Origin: Gammaproteobacteria bacterium
Lineage (GTDB): Bacteria; Pseudomonadota; Gammaproteobacteria; GCA-001735895
Assembly (NCBI GenBank): GCA_050298595.1
Contig: JBNKUM010000022.1
Coordinates: 38,006 to 102,005 of the forward strand
DNA: 64,000 bases
Reading direction: 5' to 3'
Below the pieces are notes generated by a model. That model did no database searches. It was not told where the DNA came from and worked only from the letters and a program-made list of their open reading frames with translations. How positions within the stretch are numbered: the first letter of the stretch is position 1; each line of letters opens with the position of its first letter. Of the stretch, positions 1 to 9,528 are shown one piece after another. The position numbers and the translations under genes are program-made.

Positions 1-2
1 TG

Positions 3-647
3 GAGTTTATTACCATAGCAGAACAGTCTGGACATATTGTATCAATCGGCCAATTTGTCTTTAAACAGGCGGTAGTAAATCTCGGCAAATGGCAAAAAAG
101 GTATAAACAAAACTTTAGCATAGCAGTTAACCTGTCTCCCAATCAGTTTCGCGATCCTGAACTAATGTCATTTATTATTGATGTGATCGAACAGGCGTCG
201 ATTGTCAATGGAACCCTGGAGCTGGAGATAACCGAAGGGGTTCTCATGAGTGGCAAAGCGATTATCGATAAGCCTTTGCAATCAATAAAACAACTCGGCT
301 TAGGTATCAGTATGGACGATTTTGGTACTGGTTTTTCATCTTTAAATTATTTGCGCCTCTATCCTTTTGATTCGCTAAAAATCGATCGCAGCTTTGTTAG
401 AGATATGACTATTGATAAAGAAAATAGAGATTTGGTTAATGCTGCCATAACCATGGCTCATAGCCTTGGATTAAAAGTGATTGCTGAAGGGGTTGAGACT
501 CAGGAGCAATTAGCACGTCTATCCGAGCGGGGGTGTGATATCGCTCAGGGTTACCTGTTTAGTAAACCACTTACAGAGAGTGGGCTCGAAGATTTTCTGG
601 AATCTAATGAAACAAGTGGTTTTATCGAACAACAATTTCTAAATTAA
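3..647 (+). CDS. EAL-domain c-di-GMP phosphodiesterase, 5' end outside the window
   Basis: Open frame from base 3 (EFITIAEQSG...) with LELEITEG, DDFGTGFSSL, KIDRSF, AEGVE and QGYLF motifs. Confidence 0.93.
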   Translation, partial: EFITIAEQSGHIVSIGQFVFKQAVVNLGKWQKRYKQNFSIAVNLSPNQFRDPELMSFIIDVIEQASIVNGTLELEITEGVLMSGKAIIDKPLQSIKQLGLGISMDDFGTGFSSLNYLRLYPFDSLKIDRSFVRDMTIDKENRDLVNAAITMAHSLGLKVIAEGVETQEQLARLSERGCDIAQGYLFSKPLTESGLEDFLESNETSGFIEQQFLN

Positions 648-699
648 TAGTTACCAAGAACTATTCACTCACAATTTCTTCCTTTCTGTGCTAATTGCG

Positions 700-918
700 A
701 TCATGCGGCCTATAAAAAGGCCATATTCCTGGCGCATGATATGTACTACGGTCCCAACTATATCACATCTGGCATCCCAACCGATTGATAGATACCAGAG
801 TCCCTACGAAAACACAGATGCTATCTTGGTTGGGAGTTCGGATTAATCGAGCAACTTCGACGTAATGGTACACATCATTTTAGGCCGATGATATGCAGCT
901 TAAATGGCTTTCTGTAAT
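700..918 (+). pseudogene. Remnant of a multi-domain rhodanese-related sulfurtransferase (C-terminal part)
   Basis: Pieces in different frames: GHIPGA*YVLRSQL, LASQPIDRYQSPYENTD and YLGWEFGLIEQLRRNGTHHF. They match the remembered C-terminus of this family (HIPGAWW..RSQL / DRYRRPYEGTD / YLDWEFGLVEQL.RDGTH), with a stop and deletions. Confidence 0.7.
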
Positions 919-959
919 ATCGTTGCTAGCAAGGGTATATTCTGTGAAATCCGGATTCT

Positions 960-1427
960 TCAATTGCTTCTGAACATTTTTTTAAATGATTTGGCCAGCC
1001 AGCCATTTTTATTCTGATCTGAAGTAATCGATATAATGTTACTTTTCACAGATTTAACATAGGCTGCATCATCACTTTTGATATGATTGAATAGCCAACG
1101 GGCAAGAAGGTTATGTAGTTCTTCCGATATATCTTCACCGCTTTTTAAACGGGTCTGAAATTCTGATACTCGTCGAATGAAAAGCTCGTGGACTTTTTTG
1201 TGCGGGCGAACAAATTCATAGCCTGCATCTTCAATAAGAGCTTCCTCAAAACCAAAGTGAGATATTGTGTAATCTACAGTGCCTTCAATAATATCACCTA
1301 TAGCCTTAAAATCCTTATTAAGCCGAGCATCGTATAGTTTATTGATATAGTCGACAATGCGTTTGTGCTGACTGTCGATAACATCGATACCTGTCTCTAA
1401 GTCTTTCGTCCATAATAAATATCCCAT
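960..1427 (-). CDS. Bacteriohemerythrin (single domain)
   Basis: W..DLETGIDVIDSQH, HFGFEE, HKKVH, WLFNHIKSDD iron-ligand pattern; C-terminal amphipathic GWLAKSFKKMF. Confidence 0.93.
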   Translation of the reverse strand: MGYLLWTKDLETGIDVIDSQHKRIVDYINKLYDARLNKDFKAIGDIIEGTVDYTISHFGFEEALIEDAGYEFVRPHKKVHELFIRRVSEFQTRLKSGEDISEELHNLLARWLFNHIKSDDAAYVKSVKSNIISITSDQNKNGWLAKSFKKMFRSN

Positions 1428-1708
1428 CTATCTCCATCCCTCAAAATATCCAAAAATTTAACTGGATCATATTATTGCTAAAGTTGAAAATCCAGCACTG
1501 TGGCGTTTAAAAGAAAAAAAACCAGAAGCCATCTCCTCTGATTGGCTCTCATTGCTTGTTAAGATTTGAAATATTACCATTGCCTTGGGCAAAAGTAACT
1601 TCACGTTTGCCTGACTCTGGCGTCATTTGCAGGATTACAAAACAAATTTATAAAAATGCTATGGATTAGGTGTATATTCTAAATGTAGAGCAAGGAAAAG
1701 GGATAATC

Positions 1709-3442
1709 ATGATTACCACCGTCAAAGTGCCTGAATCGTTTATTCCCCTGTTTGAATTGGCAGAGAAGCATGTCGGGGAATATTTCAAGCAGTGCAAAAT
1801 GCAGCCCAAAAAGGGCAGTATAGAAATCTTTGGTTCACGCTATATACTGTTGCGTGGCGCAGCTATTTCAGTTGAATTCTTTCAACTAGCGCGCAAACTG
1901 TTTGGGGAGGGTCAACAGCAAGAAGCTGATCTGTTTGCCGCCAGTTTCCTGTATGAGCTGGCACACTCCATCGGTTGTGCCGATGCCAGGCTGTTTCACA
2001 AAAAAATGAACTTAACCGACCCTATAGCCAAACTATCAGCGGGGCCTGTTCATTTCTCCCATTCGGGCTGGGCTTTTGTCGATATTATGGAAGAGTCGAG
2101 TCCGACCCCAGATGATAACTATTTTCTTTCCTATACCCATCCTTATTCCTTCGAAAGTGATGCCTGGATAGAAGCGGATTTGCAAACTAGTCATCCTGTC
2201 TGCGTGATGAATTCCGGGTACTCCAGTGGCTGGTGCCAGGAAAGTTTTGCATTACCACTGGAAGCCAGGGAGTTGACCTGCCGTGCCCTGGGTCATGATG
2301 AATGTCGTTTTGTAATGGCCCCGCCAGATCGTATCGAGCAAAGAATTACTGACAATTTACAGCTTCATCCTGAAATTTCTGGTGTTGAGCAAAGCTTGCT
2401 ATTTTCGCACAAAATGCAAGCGCCGAATGCTCCTGGACAAACTGAAAAAAGCAGTTTCTTACAGGAAGTACTGGGTAAACGATTGTTTACCTATGCCCGC
2501 AATCTGGAAGGTACGCAGCGCAACCTCGCACGTAAGATCCAGTTACTCCACGATGAAGTTGACTTAAGAAAGGTATATGAAAAGAGGCTGCAGGATAGTG
2601 AAAAACGCTGGCGACAGCTGGCCGATGTTTCTTTTGATAGTATTCTGGTGTGTCAGGATGGGGTGGTGATCGAGGCCAATAAGGCCTCTGCACTTATGTT
2701 TGGTTTAGAGGAGTCTGAGTTAAAGACGCAGGATCTGGCTCATTTGATTGGGGCAGAAAACTGGTTACGTCTACTTGCCCTGGTGGAATCCGGGACAAAA
2801 CATGCGATAGAGATAGAAGTTAACCTCAAGGATCAGATACATTTTCTCGAGATACATGCGCACTGCAATCAGGAGGATGAAGATAAGGTAATTATTCTGG
2901 CGATAAGAGATATTAGTGAACGGATTACGGCCATACATCGTCTGCTGCGCGTCGCTAACTACGATGCACTCACTGGGCTTGCCAATCGAACAATGTTTGA
3001 ACGCCTGGTTAACCGAGATCTTGTTGATGCCTCTGCTGGAAATATGCATGCCTTGCTGTTCTTGGATCTGGACGGCTTCAAAACTGTTAACGATACCCTC
3101 GGGCATACAGCAGGTGATCTTTTACTGTATGAAGTAGCCCAGCGTTGCTCTGCTGTTATTAGAGCATCTGATTTAATTGCCCGTATTGGGGGTGATGAAT
3201 TTATGATCTGGGCGAGGAATATTCAGCATCACGATGAGGCGGAAAAGGTGGCGATGCAGATATTGAATGAAATGAAGGCACCTTTCAATATAAATGAGAC
3301 CTTAATTAGTATTACCTTCAGCATAGGAATTGCCGTCTACCCTGAATGTGGCACCGATTTTGCCACATTGAGCAGTCACTCGGATCATGCCATGTACCAG
3401 GCTAAATCTGCAGGTAAAAATACATTCAGCTATTTTGAGTAG
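1709..3442 (+). CDS. V4R/XylR-N sensor + PAS + GGDEF diguanylate cyclase
   Basis: GPVHFSHSGWA, HPYSFES, C-x-MNSGYSSGWC...ELTCRALGHDECRF (V4R); PAS; YDALTGLANR, RASD I-site, GGDEF. Start 1709 chosen over the upstream GTG. Confidence 0.88.
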   Translation: MITTVKVPESFIPLFELAEKHVGEYFKQCKMQPKKGSIEIFGSRYILLRGAAISVEFFQLARKLFGEGQQQEADLFAASFLYELAHSIGCADARLFHKKMNLTDPIAKLSAGPVHFSHSGWAFVDIMEESSPTPDDNYFLSYTHPYSFESDAWIEADLQTSHPVCVMNSGYSSGWCQESFALPLEARELTCRALGHDECRFVMAPPDRIEQRITDNLQLHPEISGVEQSLLFSHKMQAPNAPGQTEKSSFLQEVLGKRLFTYARNLEGTQRNLARKIQLLHDEVDLRKVYEKRLQDSEKRWRQLADVSFDSILVCQDGVVIEANKASALMFGLEESELKTQDLAHLIGAENWLRLLALVESGTKHAIEIEVNLKDQIHFLEIHAHCNQEDEDKVIILAIRDISERITAIHRLLRVANYDALTGLANRTMFERLVNRDLVDASAGNMHALLFLDLDGFKTVNDTLGHTAGDLLLYEVAQRCSAVIRASDLIARIGGDEFMIWARNIQHHDEAEKVAMQILNEMKAPFNINETLISITFSIGIAVYPECGTDFATLSSHSDHAMYQAKSAGKNTFSYFE

Positions 3443-3527
3443 TTATTGACTGGAAATTGTTTCCTGCTCAGGAGTATGATGGACCTATATCTACAGCCTT
3501 TTTTAAAACTTTAGGCAGGTGGGAGAG

Positions 3528-4265
3528 ATGCAATTGATTAAAACCATTGGCCACATCAGCCTGTTGTCAGTGTTCATGTTATTGCAGTCCCAGGTAGCAG
3601 CCGATGAAACTACTTTACGACGTCAGGAGATGCTGAAAGAAATTCAACAGTCGGTGCTAGAAACCCGACTTTATCTAGACAAGGAAGCCTTTGACCCACG
3701 CATAATGGATGTTCTGGGCAAGGTGCCACGGCATGAGTTTGTGCCCGCTGATCAACAGGATTACGCCTATAAGAACCGCCCTTTACCGATTGGTCATGGG
3801 CAGACCATTTCTCAACCCTATATCGTCGCCCTGATGACTGACCTGATCGAAACCAAACCCAGTTTCAAAGTACTGGAAATCGGTACAGGATCTGCCTATC
3901 AGGCGGCGATACTGGCAGAGCTGGTCGATCAGGTGTATAGCATTGAAGTCATCGAACCACTGGCGAAAGCTGCCAGAGAACGCCTGCAACGACTAGGTTA
4001 TGACAACGTACATACCCGAACCGGTGATGGTTATTATGGCTGGGAGGAGGAAGCGCCTTTTGACGCCATCGTTGTAACCGCTGCTGCCAGCCATGTGCCG
4101 CCACCGCTTATCAAACAGTTAAAGCCAGGTGGTCGCATGGTGATTCCTGTTGGCACTCGTTTTATGACTCAGCAATTGCTGCTGGTTGAAAAATCTGCTG
4201 ATGGAAAGGTCTCTACGCGCCAGATTTTGCCGGTGATTTTTGTACCTTTGACCGGAAGCCATTGA
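3528..4265 (+). CDS. pcm: Protein-L-isoaspartate O-methyltransferase with an N-terminal signal-like segment
   Basis: VPRHEFVP, PLPIGHGQTISQPY, VLEIGTGS, APFDAIVVTAA, LKPGGRMVIPVG. Confidence 0.93.
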   Translation: MQLIKTIGHISLLSVFMLLQSQVAADETTLRRQEMLKEIQQSVLETRLYLDKEAFDPRIMDVLGKVPRHEFVPADQQDYAYKNRPLPIGHGQTISQPYIVALMTDLIETKPSFKVLEIGTGSAYQAAILAELVDQVYSIEVIEPLAKAARERLQRLGYDNVHTRTGDGYYGWEEEAPFDAIVVTAAASHVPPPLIKQLKPGGRMVIPVGTRFMTQQLLLVEKSADGKVSTRQILPVIFVPLTGSH

Positions 4266-4278
4266 TCGCTTACCTAAA

Positions 4279-6840
4279 ATGAGCCCACACTGGTCGATAT
4301 ATAGTTCAGTCTTCCTGCTATCGGCCTGTGCACTGGCTTATGAAATCCTGCTGATGCGACTTTTCTCGATTATTCAGTGGCATCATTTTGCCTATATGGT
4401 CATTGGCCTTGCGCTGTTGGGTTATGGTATTAGTGGCAGTGTAATAAGTATCTGGCAGACAGCGCTGTTACGTTTTTTTGACTGGCTGTTGCCTTTACTG
4501 ATGCTTCTGTTCGCCTTTACTAGTGTTGCGGTTTTTCTGCTTGGCCAGCACATTCCATTCAACGCCGAAGTGATACTTTGGGATAACTTGCAATGGTTGT
4601 ATCTACTGGGCTTATTCCTGCTGTTATCTATTCCTTTCTTTTTTGCTTCTAGTGCTATCTGCCTGACGTTGATGTGTTTTCCACTCAATACTGCTCAAAT
4701 CTATGCCGCAGATCTTATAGGTGCCGGTGTGGGTAGTCTGGGTATCGTCGGGCTACTGTTCTGGGTATTCCCTCAGCATGTGTTGCTGATGATTGCATTC
4801 CTGTCTCTAATGGCTGCAGGTTTTCTGCTGCCACGACTGATATCCAGCGTTAAATATCTATTGGCAGCTGCGATTGGAATTGGTCTGATTGTGCTTTATT
4901 CACTGGTTGATAACATAGCTCTTCAGGTATCACCCTATAAATCATTAAGCCAGACGTTGCGGATTAGCGGTGCAGAAGTAGTGGCTCAGCAATCCGGTCC
5001 ACTGGGTTTTCTGACCGTGCTGAAGAATGACTCCGTCCCGTTTCGTATCGCGCCAGGATTGAGCTTGAATGCACAGGCCGAACCATTAGCGCAACTGGCG
5101 CTGTTTAGCGATGCTGACAATATGACACCGATCACTCGATTTCCTCAGTCAATTGAGCAATTGTCCTATCTTGACCAGATGACTTCGGCGCTGCCTTACC
5201 ATTTGCAGCAGCTTGATTCTGTGCTAGTAGTCGGTGGAGCAGGGGGAAGTGATGTTCTGCAGTCGCTGTATCACCGGGTTGAATCCATACATGTGCTGGA
5301 ATTGAATCCTCAACTGAGTGAGTTGGTGGATGAGAAATTTTCAAGCTGGTCGGGCGGGCTTTATTCACGACCCGAGGTGACGCTATATAATAGGGAAGTT
5401 CGTGATTTCCTGTCGGAATCTAATCAGCGCTATGCCTTAATTCAAATGTCCTTGCTGGATGCTTTTAATGCGCAATCATCAGGCCTGCATGCGCTGCATG
5501 AAAATTACCTGTATACCAGCGAGTCTATTCAACTGTATCTACGTCACTTACAGGCGGATGGTTATCTGGCACTGACGCGATGGATCACTATACCACCCAG
5601 GGATACTTTGAAGCTGCTAAATACCGTTATTCAGGCACTACAGGAGTCGGGAGTTCAGGATGCTGCTGACCGTCTACTGCTAATCCGTGGCTGGCAGACG
5701 GCTACACTGCTGGTCAAGAAAGGTATATTCAATGCTGACGAATTACAGAGGGTACGCCAGTTTTGTATGTCGCGCTCATTTGATCTGGCCTGGCTGCCTG
5801 ATATTAAAAGTTCGGAAACTAATCGATACAATAAGCTGTCATCGGCACTTTTTTATCAAGCCAGTCAAAATCTGTTATCGGCACAACGACAGGACTTTGT
5901 CGATAATTATAAATTCAACCTGACTGCAGCTAGCGATAACCGGCCCTATTTTTTCCACTTTTTCAAATGGCAGACGTTTCGAGAGCTATTCGAATTACGC
6001 CATCAGGGTGGTATGCCCTTGATGGAGTGGGGTTATATCATCCTGCTTGCTACCCTGTTGGTCGCTGCGCTGTGCTCTCTAGTGCTGATTGTGACTCCTT
6101 TATTGTTTATTAGGCGAATGAGTGTGGTACAGCCCACTATTCGCAGGCGTGACGTGATCATATTCTTTGCCGCTATCGGGCTGGCATTTTTGATGATAGA
6201 AATCGCATTCATTCAAAAGTTTGTGCAACTGTTGCACCATCCACTTTATGCCATTGTGACGACGCTGAGCGCATTCCTGGTGTTCGCTGGTCTGGGCAGT
6301 CAATTTACTCGTTATCTGTCGGCCAACCGGGGGATAGGGCAGGTACTGATGTTCAGTATCATCGGCATCCTGCTTAGTGGGACGATATATTTACTCATGC
6401 TGGATTTTGTATTTGGGTTACTTTCCAGTCAGCATTTGTTAATACGTGTGTTGATCAGTATCGTGATGATAGCGCCGCTGGCATTTCTCATGGGGATGCC
6501 TTTTCCACTTGCTCTGTCCAGTCTCACCACAGATGCAGATCACTATATCCCCTGGGCCTGGGCGATTAATGGTTGTGCGTCGGTGATTAGTGCATCGCTG
6601 GCAACCATAGTGGCGATAAACTATGGTTTTAATGCGGTGGTATTGCTGGCATTACTGTTGTATCTGCTGGCATCATTATTTTTCCCATCATCTAATCGAA
6701 AGGATAGGGTGGCTGTTCTATTGTCCAGAAACTCATATAAAATTCTCTATAGATGGTTTAAAACGCACTTAACGTTACAAGAAGTTTTTCATTTTCAACG
6801 ATTACAGAATCTAAAGTGGCCTTGGCCAGTTTGTGTTTAA
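4279..6840 (+). CDS. Membrane protein with a central spermidine-synthase-like SAM-dependent methyltransferase domain
   Basis: Multiple TM helices at both ends (LAYEILLMR..., IYAADLIGAG, GMPFPLAL, WAWAING); central VLVVGGAGG..VLELNP and ENYLYT. Confidence 0.8.
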   Translation: MSPHWSIYSSVFLLSACALAYEILLMRLFSIIQWHHFAYMVIGLALLGYGISGSVISIWQTALLRFFDWLLPLLMLLFAFTSVAVFLLGQHIPFNAEVILWDNLQWLYLLGLFLLLSIPFFFASSAICLTLMCFPLNTAQIYAADLIGAGVGSLGIVGLLFWVFPQHVLLMIAFLSLMAAGFLLPRLISSVKYLLAAAIGIGLIVLYSLVDNIALQVSPYKSLSQTLRISGAEVVAQQSGPLGFLTVLKNDSVPFRIAPGLSLNAQAEPLAQLALFSDADNMTPITRFPQSIEQLSYLDQMTSALPYHLQQLDSVLVVGGAGGSDVLQSLYHRVESIHVLELNPQLSELVDEKFSSWSGGLYSRPEVTLYNREVRDFLSESNQRYALIQMSLLDAFNAQSSGLHALHENYLYTSESIQLYLRHLQADGYLALTRWITIPPRDTLKLLNTVIQALQESGVQDAADRLLLIRGWQTATLLVKKGIFNADELQRVRQFCMSRSFDLAWLPDIKSSETNRYNKLSSALFYQASQNLLSAQRQDFVDNYKFNLTAASDNRPYFFHFFKWQTFRELFELRHQGGMPLMEWGYIILLATLLVAALCSLVLIVTPLLFIRRMSVVQPTIRRRDVIIFFAAIGLAFLMIEIAFIQKFVQLLHHPLYAIVTTLSAFLVFAGLGSQFTRYLSANRGIGQVLMFSIIGILLSGTIYLLMLDFVFGLLSSQHLLIRVLISIVMIAPLAFLMGMPFPLALSSLTTDADHYIPWAWAINGCASVISASLATIVAINYGFNAVVLLALLLYLLASLFFPSSNRKDRVAVLLSRNSYKILYRWFKTHLTLQEVFHFQRLQNLKWPWPVCV

Positions 6841-7282
6841 GATTATCGTCTTTTAATTTGTAAACAGGGCGCGATGACAATACCTTTGAGATGGTAATCT
6901 GAGCAAGTTTCTTGATTTTCGGCTGATACTTGTCAGGAATTCCATTTATTTTGAGATCTATGATTGTTGGATTGTTCATATAGAACGCTCCTTCGTCCGG
7001 GACATAGGAAATGCTTCCGGTTATTTTAGTTGTTCCATTTCCTTTTAATTTTCCAGGTGCAATGGCCTGGATGTGTGCCTGAATGCCGAGTTCATTCGAG
7101 CCTTCTATTAGATCTAGCTTCGGTTCTGTGATGATTACTGTCACGAAAAACTTCTTCTTTTCAAGAGGCATCATGGCCTCTACTTTTTCCTGGAGTTCAA
7201 GCTCTGTGAATTCTTTTGTGTACGAGAAAGCATAAGCCATATTGACTACGATTAATAATACTATTCCAATTACGTATTTCAT
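6758..7282 (-). CDS. DUF1439-like exported protein
   Basis: Signal peptide, then FTELELQEKV..MMPLEKK and PVYKLKD...AKA pattern. Confidence 0.65.
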   Translation of the reverse strand: MKYVIGIVLLIVVNMAYAFSYTKEFTELELQEKVEAMMPLEKKKFFVTVIITEPKLDLIEGSNELGIQAHIQAIAPGKLKGNGTTKITGSISYVPDEGAFYMNNPTIIDLKINGIPDKYQPKIKKLAQITISKVLSSRPVYKLKDDNLKHKLAKATLDSVIVENEKLLVTLSAF

Positions 7283-7334
7283 ACAGGATCTCTTTTTTAA
7301 CAACCTTTGCCTGGAGTTTTAGTACGAGTGATAA

Positions 7335-7814
7335 TCAATCTTTCTCAGCCCACTCACGAATTTTGCGTTTAAGTTTTTCTTCGACTTTTTCACCAATCTC
7401 TTTCCACTCCTTGTCCGATTCTTCAGATTCCTCTTCTTCAGCAAATTCCTTTAATTTACGCATTACTTTCTTCTCAACTTTTTCGCCAATATCTTCCCAT
7501 TCTTTATCAATCTGTCTTTTCTTCGCAACTTTACAGTTAGCGTGACATCCTCCGCCCCAGATTGAAATAACGCCAAGCAAGAAACCAAAATCATACCAGC
7601 CGCCTGTATTGTTGGTTTCGTAAACAACAACACTGTCGTTGAAGAGATGAATAATTAGACTAATAACTGAAATTATCCCATGCCAAAGGCCCCACCAGAA
7701 ACCCGCAGGCGTTAGTTGTGAGAATTGTGCATCACCCGCTGCACAGGAGGTTAGCAGCAGAATAAAAGGTACAAGAATGATGAGCTTATGTATCCGATGA
7801 TTTGACAGGATCAT
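7335..7814 (-). CDS. Hypothetical membrane lipoprotein with a duplicated charged C-terminal helix
   Basis: LLLTSC lipobox, GFWWGLWHG and WYDFGF segments, two copies of DKEW.xIGEKVE.K..RK..E.AE; good RBS (GGGAG). Confidence 0.7.
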   Translation of the reverse strand: MILSNHRIHKLIILVPFILLLTSCAAGDAQFSQLTPAGFWWGLWHGIISVISLIIHLFNDSVVVYETNNTGGWYDFGFLLGVISIWGGGCHANCKVAKKRQIDKEWEDIGEKVEKKVMRKLKEFAEEEESEESDKEWKEIGEKVEEKLKRKIREWAEKD

Positions 7815-8017
7815 TGTTTTCTCCCTCTTTTTGCTATAGTTAGAAACTGCTGTTGACCGCTTTGAGTATATGACAAGTGTATGAATTTCTGAAACCTATT
7901 GGCTTTATGGAGATACACCGGATGAGTGTTTTAAAAATCTCAATTTCAATACCCAGGTTTAAATAGGCTGACCGTTCATTGGCGGGCTCTATGTCTCGAT
8001 ACTTCACTTAGATCCTG

Positions 8018-8217
8018 TTATTCCTCATAGCCTAGCAGGTCGACATCAGCTGCTTTTTGTCTGAGAGCTATAATGATTTGTATTGAGGAGATGAGTGCCC
8101 CTGAAAAACAGTTCACCTTTCCAGGGTTCGAATGTGGCCGGACGGAATAGCAAGTATTCCGACCATTTTTCTTCGTCTTTTATCTTAATTTGTCAAATTA
8201 AGGTATGCATTGTTCAT
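8018..8217 (-). pseudogene. DUF1330-family remnant
   Basis: Fragments MNNAYL / I*QIKIKDEEKWSEY...PATFEPWKGELFFRG / SSPQYKSL / IALRQKAADVDLLGYEE*, with frameshifts, a stop and the middle missing. Confidence 0.7.
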
Positions 8218-8310
8218 ATTGGAAGCTCTCTTTGCCTAAATCTAATGAGTTATATGTTAGTTATATCTCACGACTATTTTTAAGTCATCAATGCTGCTTA
8301 GGCTGGCTTT

Positions 8311-8577
8311 CTACAGACCTAGATTTCGGGTTAAAACCTCGGCTGATTTTATGACTCGCCTGGTACGATAAAGCTCTGGATGCTTTTGTTCTTCTGTATA
8401 ACCAGCAGGGTCTTCAGATACAGCGCTTACAAACCAGGAGATTTCAGGCCTGCGCTCACCGAGTTGTTTTTTTAATGTGGTCGTAGTTATTCCTAATGCT
8501 TTGGCTGCAGCATTGTAGGTGCAACGGGTCTTCACTTCATTAATATAATCAACTACAAGGTTAATTTTATCTTCCAT
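8311..8577 (-). CDS. Small hypothetical protein, possible helix-turn-helix
   Basis: 88-aa ORF, TYNAAAKALGITTTTLKKQLG HTH-like segment. Confidence 0.65.
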   Translation of the reverse strand: MEDKINLVVDYINEVKTRCTYNAAAKALGITTTTLKKQLGERRPEISWFVSAVSEDPAGYTEEQKHPELYRTRRVIKSAEVLTRNLGL

Positions 8578-8741
8578 TTTACATCGCTAATGATGAGTTT
8601 TCGGGGGTCTATGTTATCAGAATTTGAGCAAGCCCGTAAGAATCAATATGAAATGCAGGGCTAAAACACCCAGTATGCACTAAATTTAGGTTGGTTTTTT
8701 AAGTATAATACCCCCTGGAGATGACATGAATTAAGGTACAG

Positions 8742-9101
8742 ATGAGTCGATATTCAAAAAACAAAAAAGTTTCACCTGAGACACAGAGTGAAGCGATGCA
8801 AGTCGCCAAAGCCACACAAAGGCCCGGTCAAACCAAAGAGCAAACGCGCCTTATCGCCCAGGGCATTCAAAAGGGGATAGATCAATACAAGAAGCAGCAT
8901 AAAGCTAAAGCTCGAGAACTGGACAAGCGAATCAAGGCCTCTCAGCAGAAAACTGGTTCAGATAGTGAAGTCACAATCCAGATAGAGACCCAGACGGTCT
9001 ATAAGCAACATTGGCTGCCCTGGTTGTTGCTGATACTTTCCTGGACCGTAGCAGCTGTTTATTACTTTTCAGACAAAATATTGTTATTTTTCAGCAACTA
9101 A
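8742..9101 (+). CDS. DUF2956-family protein
   Basis: SPETQSEAM.VAKATQRPGQTKEQTRLIAQGIQKGI and C-terminal TM WLPWLLLILSW. Confidence 0.85.
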   Translation: MSRYSKNKKVSPETQSEAMQVAKATQRPGQTKEQTRLIAQGIQKGIDQYKKQHKAKARELDKRIKASQQKTGSDSEVTIQIETQTVYKQHWLPWLLLILSWTVAAVYYFSDKILLFFSN

Positions 9102-9329
9102 GGTGAATACATTATAATTAGCCACCAGTGCACCATCTTCATTGGTGATGGTGGTATCCCTGCGCACTTTCCCATAGTTTTCGGTTTCACGATGGCCTTT
9201 TTCCTTACGGGTAAACTGAACCTGTGGTACATCGTAGGCATACACGGATTTGGAAAAATGCAGAGTCTCCATAGCAAAATTGGCTAATACTGAGCCTTCA
9301 CCGGGCTAGACAAATAGACCGGTGACCAT
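9084..9329 (-). pseudogene. paaZ: C-terminal remnant of a PaaZ/MaoC-type hotdog dehydratase
   Basis: Reads GLFV*PGEGSVLANFAMETLHF...YGKVRRDTTITNEDGALVANYNVFTLVAEK, resembling the PaaZ C-terminus; in-frame TAG; rest of gene absent. Confidence 0.7.
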
Positions 9330-9528
9330 TGATTAAGGCACATCTGATCAATTAAATTGTATTGCAGGGTTTGTATAAAATACTATAAATGGATTTTCTC
9401 TTATTATATTTTTTTATCAGGTAATGTGTTTTAAGTTTAAGGCGGTTATCTAAATGCAAAATTTTTTTATTGTTTGAACTGTTTTTACAACTACACTGAT
9501 ACAAAATCATCACCAAATTCAAATTACC

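Noticed and set aside
6700-8300. Integron cassette array
   Set aside because: The short co-oriented genes lack recognisable attC sites (RYYYAAC...GTTRRRY palindromes) and there is no intI
9084-9329. Stop-codon readthrough or recoding at the TAG in the paaZ-like fragment
   Set aside because: Most of the gene is missing and the rest is degenerate; simple decay explains it
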